Shown: piece after piece, positions 39,975-54,919 of the stretch
How the letters are laid out: each line of letters starts with the position of its first letter
How positions within the stretch are numbered: position 1 is the first letter of the stretch
NCBI GenBank assembly: GCA_951406725.2
Contig: OX597833.1
Coordinates: 28,892,001 to 28,956,000, forward strand
Source of the DNA: Octopus vulgaris
Taxonomy: Eukaryota
Length of the DNA stretch: 64,000 bases
Direction: 5' to 3'
The notes under the pieces: model-generated
What the model saw: only the letters and a program-made list of their open reading frames with translations
Databases searched by the model: none
Told to the model about the DNA's origin: nothing
Made by a program: the position numbers and the translations under genes

Positions 39975-40174
39975 TTCTATTACAGGCACAAGGCCAGAAA
40001 TTTGGGGAAGGCGGATAGTCGATTACATCGACCCCAGTACTCAACTGGTACTTAATTTATCGACCCCAAAAGGTAAAGTCGACTTCAGCGCAATTTGAAC
40101 GTAGAACGTAGCGACGGGCGAAATACCGCTGCGCATTCCGTCCAGCGTGCTAACAATTCTGCCAGCTCGCCACC
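39975..40174 (-). mobile_element. SINE family A
   Basis: Reverse complement of the GGCGAGCTGGCAGAA head and GGGGTCGATAAATTAAGTACCAG core. Confidence 0.85.
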
Positions 40175-40430
40175 TTGAAAGTGTCTTAATAATGAAAGAC
40201 ATAAATCAAACAGTAATGGGCAAGTATCGAGGCAATTAAGTCTCAATACGATATGGAGCTAAACTGGTGTAGGCTTGGATAAAACATAGACGCAGAAGGG
40301 CACCAAATCCTCATAAGTTACTGGCCAGAAGGTCAATTTCGCGCCTAACGATAACATTGTGTCCTTCTGGTGGTGCCAGCAACAAGCTGACGGGAAATGG
40401 GGCCAAAGCATAACAGACCGAGAATGTGTG

Positions 40431-40470
<40 letters not shown>

Positions 40471-40603
40471 TGCGCGCGCGCGTGCGTGTGTGTGTGTGCG
40501 TGTGTATGTGCATGTGTGTATGTATATATATATATATTACTTTTATTATTTTTACTTGTTTCCATTCGAAACTTTACATACACGCGCGCGCCCACACACA
40601 CAC

Positions 40604-40911
<308 letters not shown>

Positions 40912-41607
40912 TCACTTATTACTTGGAACAAGAATGACAAACTATCCCAAGGAAATTCCTGCAAACCTAGGTGTTCAATATCTTTTTGCAAAGACAAGAA
41001 TATAACACGAAAGGACCTCTTCGCGATCACTCAATCAACAAGGAATATTAGCCACATCTCCCTCAAACCATATCCTATTGCCTTAAAAGTGGAACAACAC
41101 GATTGTTAATATATAGTTCCCAATTAATTAGATAATTTTCAGTGCCCCCCCTCTACAAAAGCTAGTGTTTTATGCTTCGTGTAGTACGCCAGTCGCAGCC
41201 AAAAAGCATTGCGAGCTTGAGGCTTCACCATTAGCCACAATGATACACTAAAAATTCATCATAGTGTCCTCTGCACGAGCGGGTGCTCAGGACCCAGTTT
41301 AAACAAATCTGTCTAATTGGCTTAAAACCGGCTCTGGTTGGATCTGCTAGAAATAACAACCAAATTCTGCTGTCGTATGTTTGATTCCTATCTGTCATAT
41401 AACGTTTTGGGAGGTCGCATTCCAGGCGATCTTTTCGCAATTCCTGTATCAATTGCGCTAACACTGTTCACAATTTTTCACATTTGTTTCTAACCTCACA
41501 AACAATATCCAAATTTCAAGGAATAATGGAAAAATTTGATATAGATATACTATAATAATAATAATAATTATAATAATAATAATAATAATAATAATGATAA
41601 TAATATG

Positions 41608-41746
41608 AGATCACCATGTCGCGCACATATGGTTGTGATGCATGTGCCTGGTGTACCCTTATCAGACGGGTAGTCATGATGGGTATATTGGGCTTCGTAT
41701 ATTTTACCCCAGTGTCACTTTGATGGCATGAACTGCTCTCTCACTC
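41608..41746 (+). mobile_element. Short 3' fragment of (TAA)n-associated retroelement
   Basis: Matches 8172-8300 inverted; (AAT)n on both sides. Confidence 0.65.
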
Positions 41747-41768
41747 AATAATAATAATAATAATAATA

Positions 41769-41821
<53 letters not shown>

Positions 41822-41845
41822 CATCATTATTATTATTATTATTAT

Positions 41846-42445
41846 TTGTTTTTATTTGCTACAAGGGCTTAAATAGAATAACATAAAATTACATGACATA
41901 AAGGGTTTTCAACCTGTAAACAAGAAAAACAATAAGAATTGAACAACGTAAAACTCCCAATTGGAGAGGCGCTTTAAAGGTCCTCGTGGAAAAACCCACA
42001 AAAATTCACGGGTGCCTGACCAACAGGCTAAGAGCCCTTCTTTTATTTCTTCACGAGTGTATACTCAGAATTGGTCCTTTCACACTGGCTATTCTTCCAA
42101 CATTCACCTATCTTCCAACATACTTGCTAGAAGACAACACCCTACCCTAACTTCTACCCTAACTTTCCTCTTCAAGTGGAACTTGAAGACATTGATGCGG
42201 GCTTGGCCAAAGAGGAAAGTGTCTGACTTTAGCCCTTTCAAACAAGTTCACCATACTATCTCTTTCACTACAGCCACCAGACAAATAAAAATTGCCAGCT
42301 CCTCCCGGCCAAAGGAGGGCGGCGCCCCTCAGTAACACTGCTCGGCAAGGGATTTCTGGAAGTTATCCAAGTTATGCATAGGCCCATGCCCGAAAGTTCT
42401 CCGAAACAATCTAGTAAGTTGATCCTCATCGACGCCTAGAGTTTA
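41846..42445 (-). mobile_element. L1/Tx1-type LINE 3' fragment
   Basis: Diverged inverted homologue of 13220-13990. Confidence 0.75.
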
Positions 42446-42631
42446 CAGTAGATGGAGCGTCTGACCAGTGGAAAGCACCCATTCCACAGAAAGCGGAAGA
42501 ATAAGCGCACCAGCTTGCTCAGCCATCAAACGGGGCAAAGAATGACGGAGAGAGTGTGGCATTCCTCCTCCTCCTCCTCTTCATCATCATCATCATCATC
42601 ATCCTCCTCCTCCTCCTCCTCCTCCTCCTCC

Positions 42632-42670
<39 letters not shown>

Positions 42671-42739
42671 CATTATTGTAACTTAGTGAAGAGAATATAG
42701 AATTCAAGAGTGTATATAGTGTTTTAAACAAGTATTGCA

Positions 42740-44100
42740 CTCTGGAATATTTACGGACTTAGCAGCGTCAGAATGTGGCATTGAACTGAGAGTATTTGGA
42801 GAAGTAATAGTCTCAGAAGTAAGAATGCCGACTGGTTCCAATCTGTTTGAAGAAGGACGGTTGAGCTAGGGTCTAGCAATCCTTTGATTGAAAAAGTGTA
42901 GAATTAAATTAAAGAAAACCTTGGCTAGGTGGTAAAGATGTTTCTAGTATAACTAAAGTATGACAGCCTATGTCACTGGAATAATCAGACTTTAACGGCC
43001 ATGACTCAAGCATCGATCGTTTCTTGGAATGTGCAGGAGTTAAACCATGATGATGAGGTAAGCAGGAGACAAGAAGTTAAGGAGATGGATAAATACTCTA
43101 AAGAGACTGGGACAAGTGATTCAAATAGGGAAAACGCGCCAACAAATGACCCTGAAACGAAATGAAGGGAACTTATTTTCAGTTGAACGCCACATTAGAA
43201 AAAATGCCTAAATAAGACACTGTATTTGCTAATTGTAATTTTAATAGCTAGTTAAAACAGATGAAAAATGGCTGGAAGGCTATCACCAGTCCATTCTCGA
43301 CAGAAAAATTAACAGCCAACGTATTTGTGGGTGACGGGAAAAATCTTGTCAGAGCAGTAGACGTAAGTTCAAATCACTGTATGGTGATTTATTAAGATAA
43401 AAGTAAAGAAAAACTTTTTTTAATCTAAAAACCAAAGCCTTTTGATACTTATTAGTAAACGTAATGAAAGTAACATCAAAAATTTGTATCAGTTAGACCT
43501 TGGAAATCGATATGCTGCATTAAATGCAGAAATAGATAGAGATCAGTATTACAAATGAGACAGCCGAAAATAGAATACGAAGAAATGGAAGAAACTGTTA
43601 TAAGTAGTTATTAGAGTCCATGGAATAAGCGACAAGAACAGAAAGTTAAGAGAGATATGATACAAGATACTAAAGAGACGTATAAAATACTGGAAAATGA
43701 AGTAAAGAAGCGTTGTCGCAAAGATAGAAAGAACTGCTACAAGAAATGATTCATAAGCCATACACAAAATTCTGAAGCAAATTGTCAGATTATTGCAGCA
43801 GCAATGGAAAGTTGTCTGTCAGAGGTAAGAATGCCGAGTGTCTAAAGACAGAAGAGGATGAGGAACAAAGATGTTTAACATATTTGAAAGAACTACTAAA
43901 CCAACAGGAACTGAATGAGCTTTTTACACGTGATTGTCTAAATATGGAATTACGTTGGAGGAAGTTCGAAAAACTTTGGAATCATTGCAAAATAACAAAG
44001 TTGCTGGAATATGTTATTCCTGGTGAGGTTGTTGAGGAAAAGCCATGAAGACAACGCTACTTAACCCACATAACCTGATTTAGTGTGATGAGAAAATACC
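42740..44100 (+). mobile_element. Highly degraded RTE-like LINE
   Basis: Scattered motif remnants (SEVR, DFNG, YQLDLGNRYAAL, YLKELLN); many stops. Confidence 0.4.
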
Positions 44101-44118
44101 AGAACAGTGGAAAACCAC

Positions 44119-44505
44119 GGCGCAGGCATGGCCGTGTGGCAACAAGTTTGCTTCCCAACCACATAGTTCCGGGTTCAGTTCCACTGCGTGGAATCTTGGG
44201 CAGTATCTTCTACTATAACCTCAGGTCGACCAAAGGTTATGAGTGGATTTGGTCGACGGAAACTGAAAGAAGCTCGTTGTATATATAATCTAAGTTCATA
44301 TCTGTGTTTGTCCCCCACCACCGATTGACGACCGTTGATGGTGTGTTTACGTCCCTGTAACTTAGCGGATCGGCAAAGAGACCGATACAATAAGTAACAC
44401 GCTTAAAATATAATAAATAAATACTGAGGTCGATTCATTCGACTAAAAATTGAAGGCGGTGCCCCAACATGGCCGCAATCTAATGACTAAAAGAAGTAAA
44501 AGAGA
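44119..44505 (+). mobile_element. SINE family B
   Basis: GGCGCAGGCATGGCCGTGTGG head through GTAAAAGAG tail. Confidence 0.85.
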
Positions 44506-45217
44506 AAAAAATGAAAGAGATGCGAAACTGCCAATGAAGGTGACGTTAGTGATAGTTCAAGGCAACAGAGGCTCTCTCTGTTTGCGATGCATTATTGAAT
44601 TCATTACACTCATGTACAAACATTTTAACGTCACATAATCAAGGAGGAAGTTCTTCGAGTACATCCGAAGCTCAATAATCTTCTCACCCTTCTTTTACAG
44701 TGAATGCAAAGAAATATTAAATATAATCCAGCCTTAAGTATACAAGGGAAACTATGTTGTTGATTGGATCATTGACGACAAATAAAACTGCCCGGTTACC
44801 ATATTTCATCTAGATCTACTTTTATGATACAAATCATGATCAGGCAAACAGGCTGCAACAAGTGGATATCCGAGACACTCCATGACCCGAAAAGATACCT
44901 ACATGATTATAACATCATAATTAAACTTTCAAGGCAGTTATCGAGGTCACTGGCGCACAAATTATTTATTTGGTCCGGCATACCGACAAGTAAATGAAAC
45001 CATCCGATGCCCAGTGCATATCGTACAATTTGCCGATAGCTTGATATTTCGGTCAGGAACCAAAGTGGAGGGTCTAGAGTATTAACCAAGTTCACAGAGC
45101 TTGCAACTCTCTCTATTACGTCCTGCTCTTCCCACATGATGTTGATGTCTGGCAGTTTTGAAGGGAAAATCAAGAACAACCAAGAAGACTAAACAATTAA
45201 CTCTGATCCCAACAGTT

Positions 45218-45296
<79 letters not shown>

Positions 45297-45304
45297 TATA
45301 TATA

Positions 45305-45630
45305 ATAAATTAATAAATAAATAAAACATATGCATATATACATACATATATGTACGTACATACCTCTACATGTATATATACATGCATATATGGGTACAGA
45401 ACACCAAAAAAAAAACGTCGAACACAATGAGAAACGAAAACATAAACCCAAAACCAAGGAAATGGACATTTTTCTTAAACAACGAAAAAATAGAGTACAG
45501 GACATACAAAACAAGGAAAATTCCCCTTCTTCAGTCACCTTTGTTTCATCTACTCCACGTTTCGAAGGTCAAGGCTATACATGACTTTAATGAAACAATC
45601 CTTCCCGCGAAAATCAAATTAAATAAAATT
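45305..45630 (-). mobile_element. (TA)n-anchored PLE-like terminal repeat
   Basis: Homologous to 30484-30810. Confidence 0.6.
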
Positions 45631-45764
45631 TGGTACAAAAGAAAGTACACTAAATCTACGATTATAAAAACTTAGGTTTAAAGATCCTAATTTCCAGTAG
45701 GATAGTAAATATAAGCGTTGATTAAGTACAGTACATGCACAAGTGGAAGTGAGTTCAATCTCTG

Positions 45765-46090
45765 TTTCAGGGTTCAATTTCACTGTGTGGCACAATGGGC
45801 AAGTGTCTACAACTATAGCCTCGGGCAGACCAAAGCCTTCTGAGAGGATTTGGTAGACGGAAATTGAAAGAAGCCGGTGTGTGTTTGTGTGTGTCTGTGT
45901 TTGTCCCCTCACCATCGCTTGACAATCGATGTTGGTGTGTTTACGTCCCCGTAACTAAACGGTTCGGCAAAAGAGAACGATAGAATAATTACTAGACTTA
46001 CAAAGAAGAAGTCCTGGTGTCGATTTGTTTGACTAAAGGCGGTGCTCCGACATGCCGACATGGTCAGAGTCAAATGACAGAATCAAGTAA
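45765..46090 (+). mobile_element. SINE family B
   Basis: GGGTTCAATTTCACTG...GGGCAAGTGTC...GACTAAAGGCGGTGCTCC. Confidence 0.8.
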
Positions 46091-46106
46091 AACAATATAT
46101 ATATAC

Positions 46107-46490
46107 TTACTCTTTTACTTGTTTCAGTCATTTGACTGCGGTCATGCTGGAGCACTGCCTTTTAGTCGAGCAAATCGACCCCAGAACTATTCTTTGTAAG
46201 CCTAGTATTTATTTTAACGTTCTATTTTGCCGAACCGCTAAGTTACGAGGACGTAAACACACCACCATCGGTTGTCAAGCGTTGTTGGGGGGACAAACAC
46301 ACACACACATACATATATATACATATATAAGACGGGCTTCTTTCAGTTTCCGCCTACCAAATCCACTCACAAGGCTTTGGTCGGCCGAGGCTATAGTAGA
46401 AGACACTTGCCCAAGGTGCCACGCAGTGGGACTGAACCCAGAACCATGTGGTTGGTAAGCAAGCTACTTACCACACTGCCACTCCTGTGC
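46107..46490 (-). mobile_element. SINE family B, tail-to-tail with the previous copy
   Basis: Very similar to 21640-22056. Confidence 0.9.
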
Positions 46491-46700
46491 CTATATTTAT
46501 TAATTATATATATACGCGTGAATATGTATATTCCAGTCTGCAAGGGTAGATAATTAATAGGTATATCTATATACAAGTGTTCTAACGTATTTATTTATAT
46601 GTACATATTCACATATATATGCCTATACCTACAATTTTATTCCTTTTTGAGTTTTTACTTATTGATTTGCTCACCTATAAATTTAAGCGAATATGTACTT

Positions 46701-47026
46701 TAGAAGACTCCGCCGGTTACGACGACGAGGGTCCCACCTGATACGATCAACGGAACAGCTTGCTCGTGAAATCAACGTGCAAATGGCTGAGCATTCCACA
46801 GACACGTGTACCCTTAACGTAGTTCTCGGGGATAATCAGCGTGACACAGAGAGTGACAAGGCTGACCCTTTGAAATACAAGTACAACTCATTTTTGCCAG
46901 CTGAGTGGACTGGAGCAACGTGAAATAAAGTGTCTTGCTCAAGGACACAACGCGTCGCCGGGAATCGAACTCACAACCTTACGATCATGAGCCGAATGCC
47001 CTAACCACTAAGCCACGCGCCCTCAC
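46701..47026 (-). mobile_element. tRNA-derived SINE family C with 8-bp TSD
   Basis: A box TGGCTTAGTGG, B box GAGTTCGATTCC; ATGTACTT on both flanks; near-identical to 59512-59834. Confidence 0.9.
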
Positions 47027-47188
47027 ATGTACTTAATCTATTGGATAAACATTTTGACTATTAATAACGTCTACTTATTACTAATCTCTATATTAATAAA
47101 CTAAATATATTTACCCCAATATTAATACGATACTTACATGGTAAATTACAATTTATTATATATCTCTACACCTAACTATTATCTAGAG

Positions 47189-47389
47189 CAGTGCTTTTCA
47201 AACATTTTGCTGGAGCGGAACCCCAAGGAAACATTCCACTGGCTCGAGGAACCCCTGTGCAATAATTTAATAGTCTTATGCACACATATCTGCACAGGAG
47301 ACTTAAAAATTACTGCCGATTTTAGCAGTTTTGTAACTTCTTGCGGAACCCCTGGACTATACTGGCGGAACCCTGGTTGAAAACCACTG
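47189..47389. mobile_element. hAT (Charlie-type) MITE, 201 bp
   Basis: TIRs CAGTGCTTTTCAA/TTGAAAACCACTG; perfect 8-bp TSD ATCTAGAG (47181-47188, 47390-47397). Confidence 0.92.
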
Positions 47390-47546
47390 ATCTAGAGTAT
47401 TTTAATATATATTTATTTCCCACTAAATATACACCCTAATTCGCCCCCTAAATGGTTTATACCAAATTTATCCATATAATGATACTCAGTTTGTTGTAAT
47501 GTTCCGTATACTTAACAACTAATACTATATTGGTATATCTTTTTTC

Positions 47547-47628
47547 TGCCTCTGACGAGATTCCGCTTTATAAAAGGGTTTATTACAATTATAATCTTTA
47601 AACTACAAACCGAAACAGCTGTTTGAGA
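47547..47628 (+). ncRNA. Degenerate hammerhead motif
   Basis: CTGACGA-g...c-GAAA-CAGCTG-TT; palindromic stem III; stems I and II eroded. Confidence 0.5.
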
Positions 47629-47912
47629 TTATGTTTAGTTTTGCAGTTAATAAATATACTTATTAATTGATTTATCTCCATTTTCTTATTTTTCGGGTCT
47701 AATACTCTTAGCTTAGACTTTTTGGGGGGCAACCAGATCGAACTATCTCATGTGTAACCGCCCGAAGTGGTCGTGACTTCTGGGACTTGACTGATGAAAG
47801 AAAGTAAAAAATGACGCGTCTTTTTTTGCCTGTGCTTCTAATTGTTGTTTTTCTTGTCCGCCTTTGTATCGTCTATCTGTCCGAGCGTTTTAATGCCTTC
47901 TATTGTATTTTT

Positions 47913-47991
<79 letters not shown>

Positions 47992-48269
47992 CCAGGTTGA
48001 AGTGTGACAAGCTAGCGGCATCACTAGTGGTAAAATAACTACTAAGGAAAATATTCCTACTATGGACAACAGAATGAGAACAATCTAACTCGGTTTCAAA
48101 TTCCAAGGGCAGTACTGAAGAAGGCCGAATTGTTCAACAGTCAAAACGTGACTATAACAGCCAAAGATGACGATACTAGTTCGAAGGATGATTCCTCGTC
48201 TCTAAAATTCAGACAAAACTAACACAGTTGTGTGTATACGTACACACGCGCGCGCGCTCACACACACAC

Positions 48270-48312
<43 letters not shown>

Positions 48313-48419
48313 TGTATAATTTTGTCTAATGACGTAATAGGTATATATAATAGGTACGTACGATAAGTGCTTGGGTTGGTTTACCACTAAAACTTCAACT
48401 TCAATTGCTGTTAAAACAA

Positions 48420-49250
48420 TGGTGGTGTTGTAGAGCCTAACGAAGAATGGCTATAAGTGATTTATCATTGAGCGGATAATGCATATTAGAAAGAAAGAAT
48501 GAACAAGAAAATCATGCGGGATCACTTTAGAGTTTGTAGTTTATAATTCAAACAGAGCTATTAGAGTAAATAAGGGATTAAGAAATAATGCATAAAGTCT
48601 ATTACAGCAGTTTCTAGAATGGTGGTGTATATCGTGCATGGGTCATTGTGCAAAGAGTCTCATGTATGCCAACTATACCGCCTTCAGAGAGGAAGAATTA
48701 AGGAATATACTTAATAAAGGGTATTAATAGTTACCCGTTCCATTGTCGAAGAATCAAGGAATATCCTTCATAAAGGATAATAACAATTACTTTATTATAT
48801 TTATCTCCCTTCCTTGCTGCTTTTTAGATCATAAACATCTTCAGAGGAAGATTTTGTCAACTAATTGTTCGAACAATCTCATATGAGTGAAACTTTTCAA
48901 CTCATTGTATTTGTATTTAGTATGCAAACAGATCTTCAAAGCTATTTCCAACAGCACTATTGTTGATATTCATAATGAGCAACTCTTCATTCCTTCTCTC
49001 TATTACGCTATATGTAAATCATTCTTAGTCTTGCTAGAAGAATATACTTTGCTGATGAATAGCCTTCATCAGGTGGCGTTAAAAAAACCCAATTTATTCC
49101 AATCTACAGCGTAAAAATTTTGCAAAAGTTTCTTTCAACTGATCTTATTTGAATTCTGTCCCCTTGCTTGCTTATAAAAAATGTTAATAACTTAAAAGGA
49201 AGTTTTGTCGAGTTATTACTTCCATATCTCAAATCATGGAAATTTTTACC
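48420..49250 (-). mobile_element. Decayed Penelope-like 3' region with hammerhead remnant (48598-48692)
   Basis: Minus CTGAAGG...GAAA-CTGCTG-TA downstream of faint GIY-YIG-like remnants (KVY...KTKNDLH...NSAV). Confidence 0.35.
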
Positions 49251-49309
49251 TTACTCTATTACATTATACATTATATACATATACATACGTTGATATTGTA
49301 TCAAATCAA

Positions 49310-49890
49310 GGCGGCGAGCTGGCAGAAACGCTAGCACGTATTTCGTCTGTCGTTAAGTTCTAAGTTCAAATTCCGCCGAGGTCGACTTCGCCTTTCATCC
49401 TTTCGAGATCGATTAAATAAGTACCAGTTACACACTGGGGTCGATATAATCGACTTAATCCGTTTGTCTATCCTTGTTTGCCCTCTCTGTGTGTAACCCC
49501 TTGTGGGTAGTAAAGAAATAAGAAACGTTAGCACACCGGGCGAAATGCTTTGCGGTATTTCGTCTGCCGCTACGTTCTGAGTTCAAATTCCGCCGAAGTC
49601 GACTTTGCCTTTCATCCTTTCGGGGTCGATTAAATAAGTACCAGTTACGTACTGGAGTCGATATAATCGACTTAATCCGTTTGTCTGTCCTTGTTTGTCC
49701 CCTCTGGGTAGAAAAGAAATATGTATTTCTTCTGTCGTCTTTACGTTCTGAGTTCAAATACCGCCGAGGTCGACTTTGCCTTTCATCCTTTCGAAGTCAA
49801 TAAAATTAAGTACCAGTTGCGCACTGAATCGATCTAATCGACTGGCCCCCTCCCCCAAAATTTCGGGCCTTGTGCCTAGAGTAGAAAAGA
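49310..49890 (+). mobile_element. SINE family A, trimeric copy
   Basis: Core module repeated three times, as at 8745. Confidence 0.88.
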
Positions 49891-49927
49891 ATATTATATG
49901 AAATCATATATATATATATATATATAT

Positions 49928-52199
49928 GGATGACAAGGGGAAGAGTACGTCGGGAGATTCGGCATAAAAGAGAGAAACGAGAGAGGAGAACGATTGGTTA
50001 CCATGGTAGAGGCGAGGCGGCTCTACGCCGGAAACAGCCTATTCAGGAAGAAGGAGAAGAGATGGACATGAGTATTGCCGAACTCTGAGTACTGATTCGT
50101 GACGCCATTCAACACCGGCAGCGTTCATTGTCTGGTGAGGGTGAGGGTCGTCATCGACGGGACGAGGGAGAATAAGGCGCTGTGTTTGGCGTCGAAGGGA
50201 AAACGCGTCCAAGTTTTCAACGAGGCGAAGCTGTAGGAAGCCACCACGCAGGAAACCTGGTACCAAGAAGACGGCATATATGATGACTACAACTCACTGA
50301 TAAGGAAACTGAAGGAGTGATTAAGGAGAGTTAAGGGAGTGTATCTTAGAGAGAAGAAGGGAAAAATCTCAGAGGAAACTACGAAGTTACTCCAGAAGAG
50401 GAAAAATATGAAGAAGACTATTGAAGATCACCTTGAATATTCCCTTCTCAACAACTGAAGAGAAACTTTGAGGCATACCGGATGGAGAAGTTCCTGAAGG
50501 TCGCAGAGGAAAAGAAGAGCCTCAAGAAATGCAAGAGGGACATGGCACTATATAGATCGGAGGTGACGGCCCTGAAAAATACAGATGGGGTACCGGTCAA
50601 CGATAAGAGTGAGATGGAAAAAGTTTGCAAAGACTTTTACGCCAAGCTCTTCAAGTCTACCAGAAATGTCCAGCCGTTACCACCAATCCAACAGGAAGAA
50701 AATGTGCCACCTATCCTTGTGAATGAGGTCGAAAGAGCCATCGGCTTGATGAAAAACGGAAAGACGCCAGGGAAAGTCGGTATAACATCGGAGGTGTTAA
50801 AGTCAAGTAGAGAGCAGCTCTGGAAAATCCTCGCAGAGCGATTCACGCACTATCTAGACGAGGGAAGAGTTCCCTCGCAGTGGAAAGAGTCAAATACCAT
50901 CCTGCTATATAAGAATGGCGATAGAGAAGATCTAAAGAACTACCGACCCATATGCCTGCTGTGCCACGTGTACAAGCTGTTCACAAAGATAATTCTGAAC
51001 AGGTTATCATGTCATCTCGACGAAAAACAATCGAGGGAGCAAGCCGGATTCCGGAAGAACTACAGCACGATGGACCATATATTTATTCTAACACAACTGC
51101 TTGAGAGAGCGAATGAGTATAAGCTGCCTCTTTGCGCTGCCATTTGTAGACTATGAGAAGGCCTTCGACAGAGTCGAAACCAACGCAGTGCTGAACTCGC
51201 TGCAGAGGCAAGGAGTCGAGGCGCAATATGTGCAACTGCTCATGGAGGCAAATTCCGGATGTACCACCGACATAGCTCTGCTGTCATCACCCGTACGAGT
51301 GCCGGTCGAAAAGGGAGTGAAGCAAGGTGATGCGATCTCTCCAAAACTTTTCACCGCATGTCTCAAGCAGATCATCAGAGGCATCAACTGGCAAGGCGGT
51401 GTCAACATCAATGGCAAGCTACTTACCCACTTCCGTTTCGCTGATGACATCGTAATCATCGCTGAAACCACGGATCACTTTCAGACCATGCTGACGGAGC
51501 TCGACATCAAAAGCTCTGCAGTAGGTCTCAAGATAAACCGCGTGGAAACGAAGTTCATGCGGTCCGACAACGTACCAACAGGTCGAATGGTAGTCGGCAG
51601 TGGTGAAATAGAGGAGGTAAAGGAATATGTCTACCTGGGACAGGAAGTGAATATGTGCCGAAACATCGAAAGGATCTCGCAGTGAGTAAGGGCTGGATGG
51701 AAGGCGTTTAATGGCATACGGGATGTGCTCAAGAAAAGGTTGGACAGGGCCACCCGCGCCAACCTCATCAATAGCACAGTTCTACCTGCAATATTATATG
51801 GTAGTGAAACATGGGCTACAACAAAGAGAGAAGAGCAGAGATTGGTAACGGCTCAAAGAACCATGGAGAGGTCAATGTTTGGAATCTCGTTGAAAGAGCA
51901 AATCAGTAGCTCTGACAGAAGTCCGGCATGAAGGATGTCATCGTAGAATATACACGCAGCAAGTTTAGATGGGCTGGACACGTTGCCCGGCTCACCGATA
52001 ATCGGTGGACTCGTGCAGTTGACGAGTGGTACCTGCGCGAGCGGAAACGACCACTCGGAAGGCCTCCACGACGGTGGAGTTACGATTTTAGGAGGGCGAT
52101 TGGGACCACGTGGATGAGGAAGGCGCGATCCAGAGAGGAGTGGACAGCGTGCCGTGATCAGCGGTGTCAAATGGACGCCCGACGGACTGGTCAGTCAAA

Positions 52200-52203
<4 letters not shown>
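49928..52203 (+). mobile_element. RTE-clade LINE, 5'-truncated, in (TA)n
   Basis: KNGKTPG, NYRPICLL, EQAGFR, FVDYEKAFD, GVKQGDAISP, RFADDI, YVYLG, YGSETW, WAGHVAR, RPLGRPPRRW; frameshifts. Confidence 0.92.
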
Positions 52204-52237
<34 letters not shown>

Positions 52238-53027
52238 TGCGTGAACGAAGGGATGCATATAAATGTGAGAATGTGTATGCGTACTTATGAATTTGCGCGC
52301 GCGCGTGCGTCTGGGCGCGGCGTGTGTGCAATGGATTTACAATCCAGGCTGAACGAAAAAAAAATGACAAAGAAAATTAAGACAAGAAAACCACGAAGAT
52401 ATATGCAGAAGAAATAAGGTGTGAGGGTAGAAATATATAAATGATGAAAATATGCAGGAGAAAGACTGACACGACAGTTCCAGGAGATAGAAAGACAAAT
52501 ATACGGAAAAGAAGAGGCGGAGAATTATGAATAGATGCAGCAAAGACAATGAAGAAATAGTAAATATGATGGAAGGAAGAAGGAAATCAAGAGAGGCGGA
52601 CGAACAACTCAGTAACAGAGATAGGGATGAGAGAGTGAGTGAGAGAGCGCAGAGATAGCCTCACACAAAAGGAACAGATAGAGAGTGAGAGACAGACCGA
52701 CAGAGAGACAGAAAAAAGAAGAGAGTAGAGCGGACAAGGAAAAATGCACGTGTGCATGTTAGATGCCGACCAATGGTAAAAGCCAGATCAGCTTGCAAGC
52801 AGAGGGAGACTTAAGAGTGCAAGCCACGTGACTCTAACGGCCACCAATCAACGGACTGCAGCATTGGTTAGCTCTACCTCATTCACCTTTTTAGTGTGCG
52901 TATGTGTGTATGTACACGGCTCCATGTTTATACATACATACATATATATATATACACACACTATATATATATACACACACTATATATATATACACACACT
53001 ATATATATATATATATACATACATACA

Positions 53028-53069
<42 letters not shown>

Positions 53070-53148
53070 CCAGCAAACATTGGTACATTGTTGTGCCATT
53101 ATTTCCTAAGTTTACATGGATGTGTACGTATCTGTGTGTGTGTGTGTG

Positions 53149-53214
<66 letters not shown>

Positions 53215-53241
53215 CACATACAAACATATATACATACATTT

Positions 53242-53331
<90 letters not shown>

Positions 53332-53431
53332 TTATAATTATATATAAATAAATACATATTTATATACAAAAATGAGTATGCGTTTGTGCGTGTGTGTGTG
53401 TAAAACATGCCTATATACATATCATATGTAG

Positions 53432-53560
53432 TTCAAATGTCACCGAGGTAGACTTTGCCTTTTGCTGTCGATAAATTAAGTACCAGTAGAGCACTGGTGT
53501 CGATGGCATTGATTAATACCTCCCCCAAATTTTCGGGCCCTGTATGTATAGTAAAAAGAA
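53432..53560 (+). mobile_element. SINE family A fragment
   Basis: GTTCAAAT...GACTTTGCCTTT...GTCGATAAATTAAGTACCAG. Confidence 0.7.
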
Positions 53561-53811
53561 GCATATATGATGTTTTTCAGTCCCCGGTCGATCACGCCTG
53601 TTTTGAAAATCGGGATCATTACCCAACTTCTTTTTTAAGTCATTTGAGGAAGTTTGGAGTTCTTATTTCTAGCCGGTTGAGCGACCGCATATGTTAACCT
53701 TTGTGTGTGTATGTGTGTGTCCGCATATATGTATATATGCAGTAAAAAAAAACCCGTAGGGAGAGCTGAACACAGTTATTGGTATAGACAAGTATGTGTG
53801 TACGCACGCGT

Positions 53812-53898
<87 letters not shown>

Positions 53899-54030
53899 AT
53901 GAACGCTTGTAAGTATGCATGTATATGAAGTTATTATTTCAAGGCTGCGTCTTCATGGATCGTAACTCTGAGTTTCGTGTTGCAACTGCTGAAAACTTCT
54001 GAGTAAAATCGGTCACTCATTAGACCAGCC

Positions 54031-54067
<37 letters not shown>

Positions 54068-54185
54068 ACATAGATGTATATATGTCTACCTATCTATCTG
54101 CAGGTAGATAGATAAATAAATAGATAGGCAGATTGATAAACATATGTATGTGTGTGTGTGTGTATATATACACTCATACATATAC

Positions 54186-54305
<120 letters not shown>

Positions 54306-54424
54306 TATATGTTCCACTTCACTGCACTGTATGCATTACAAGGTGCTTTCAATTTGTAATTCTTCAGCAATTACCACTGCCTCCAACCTACGACCACCAT
54401 TACCACAACTACTACTACCAATAC

Positions 54425-54919
<495 letters not shown>

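Noticed and set aside
46950-47025. tRNA gene
   Set aside because: tRNA-like head continues into a SINE body with TSD and a second copy; same applies to the heads of SINE A and B.
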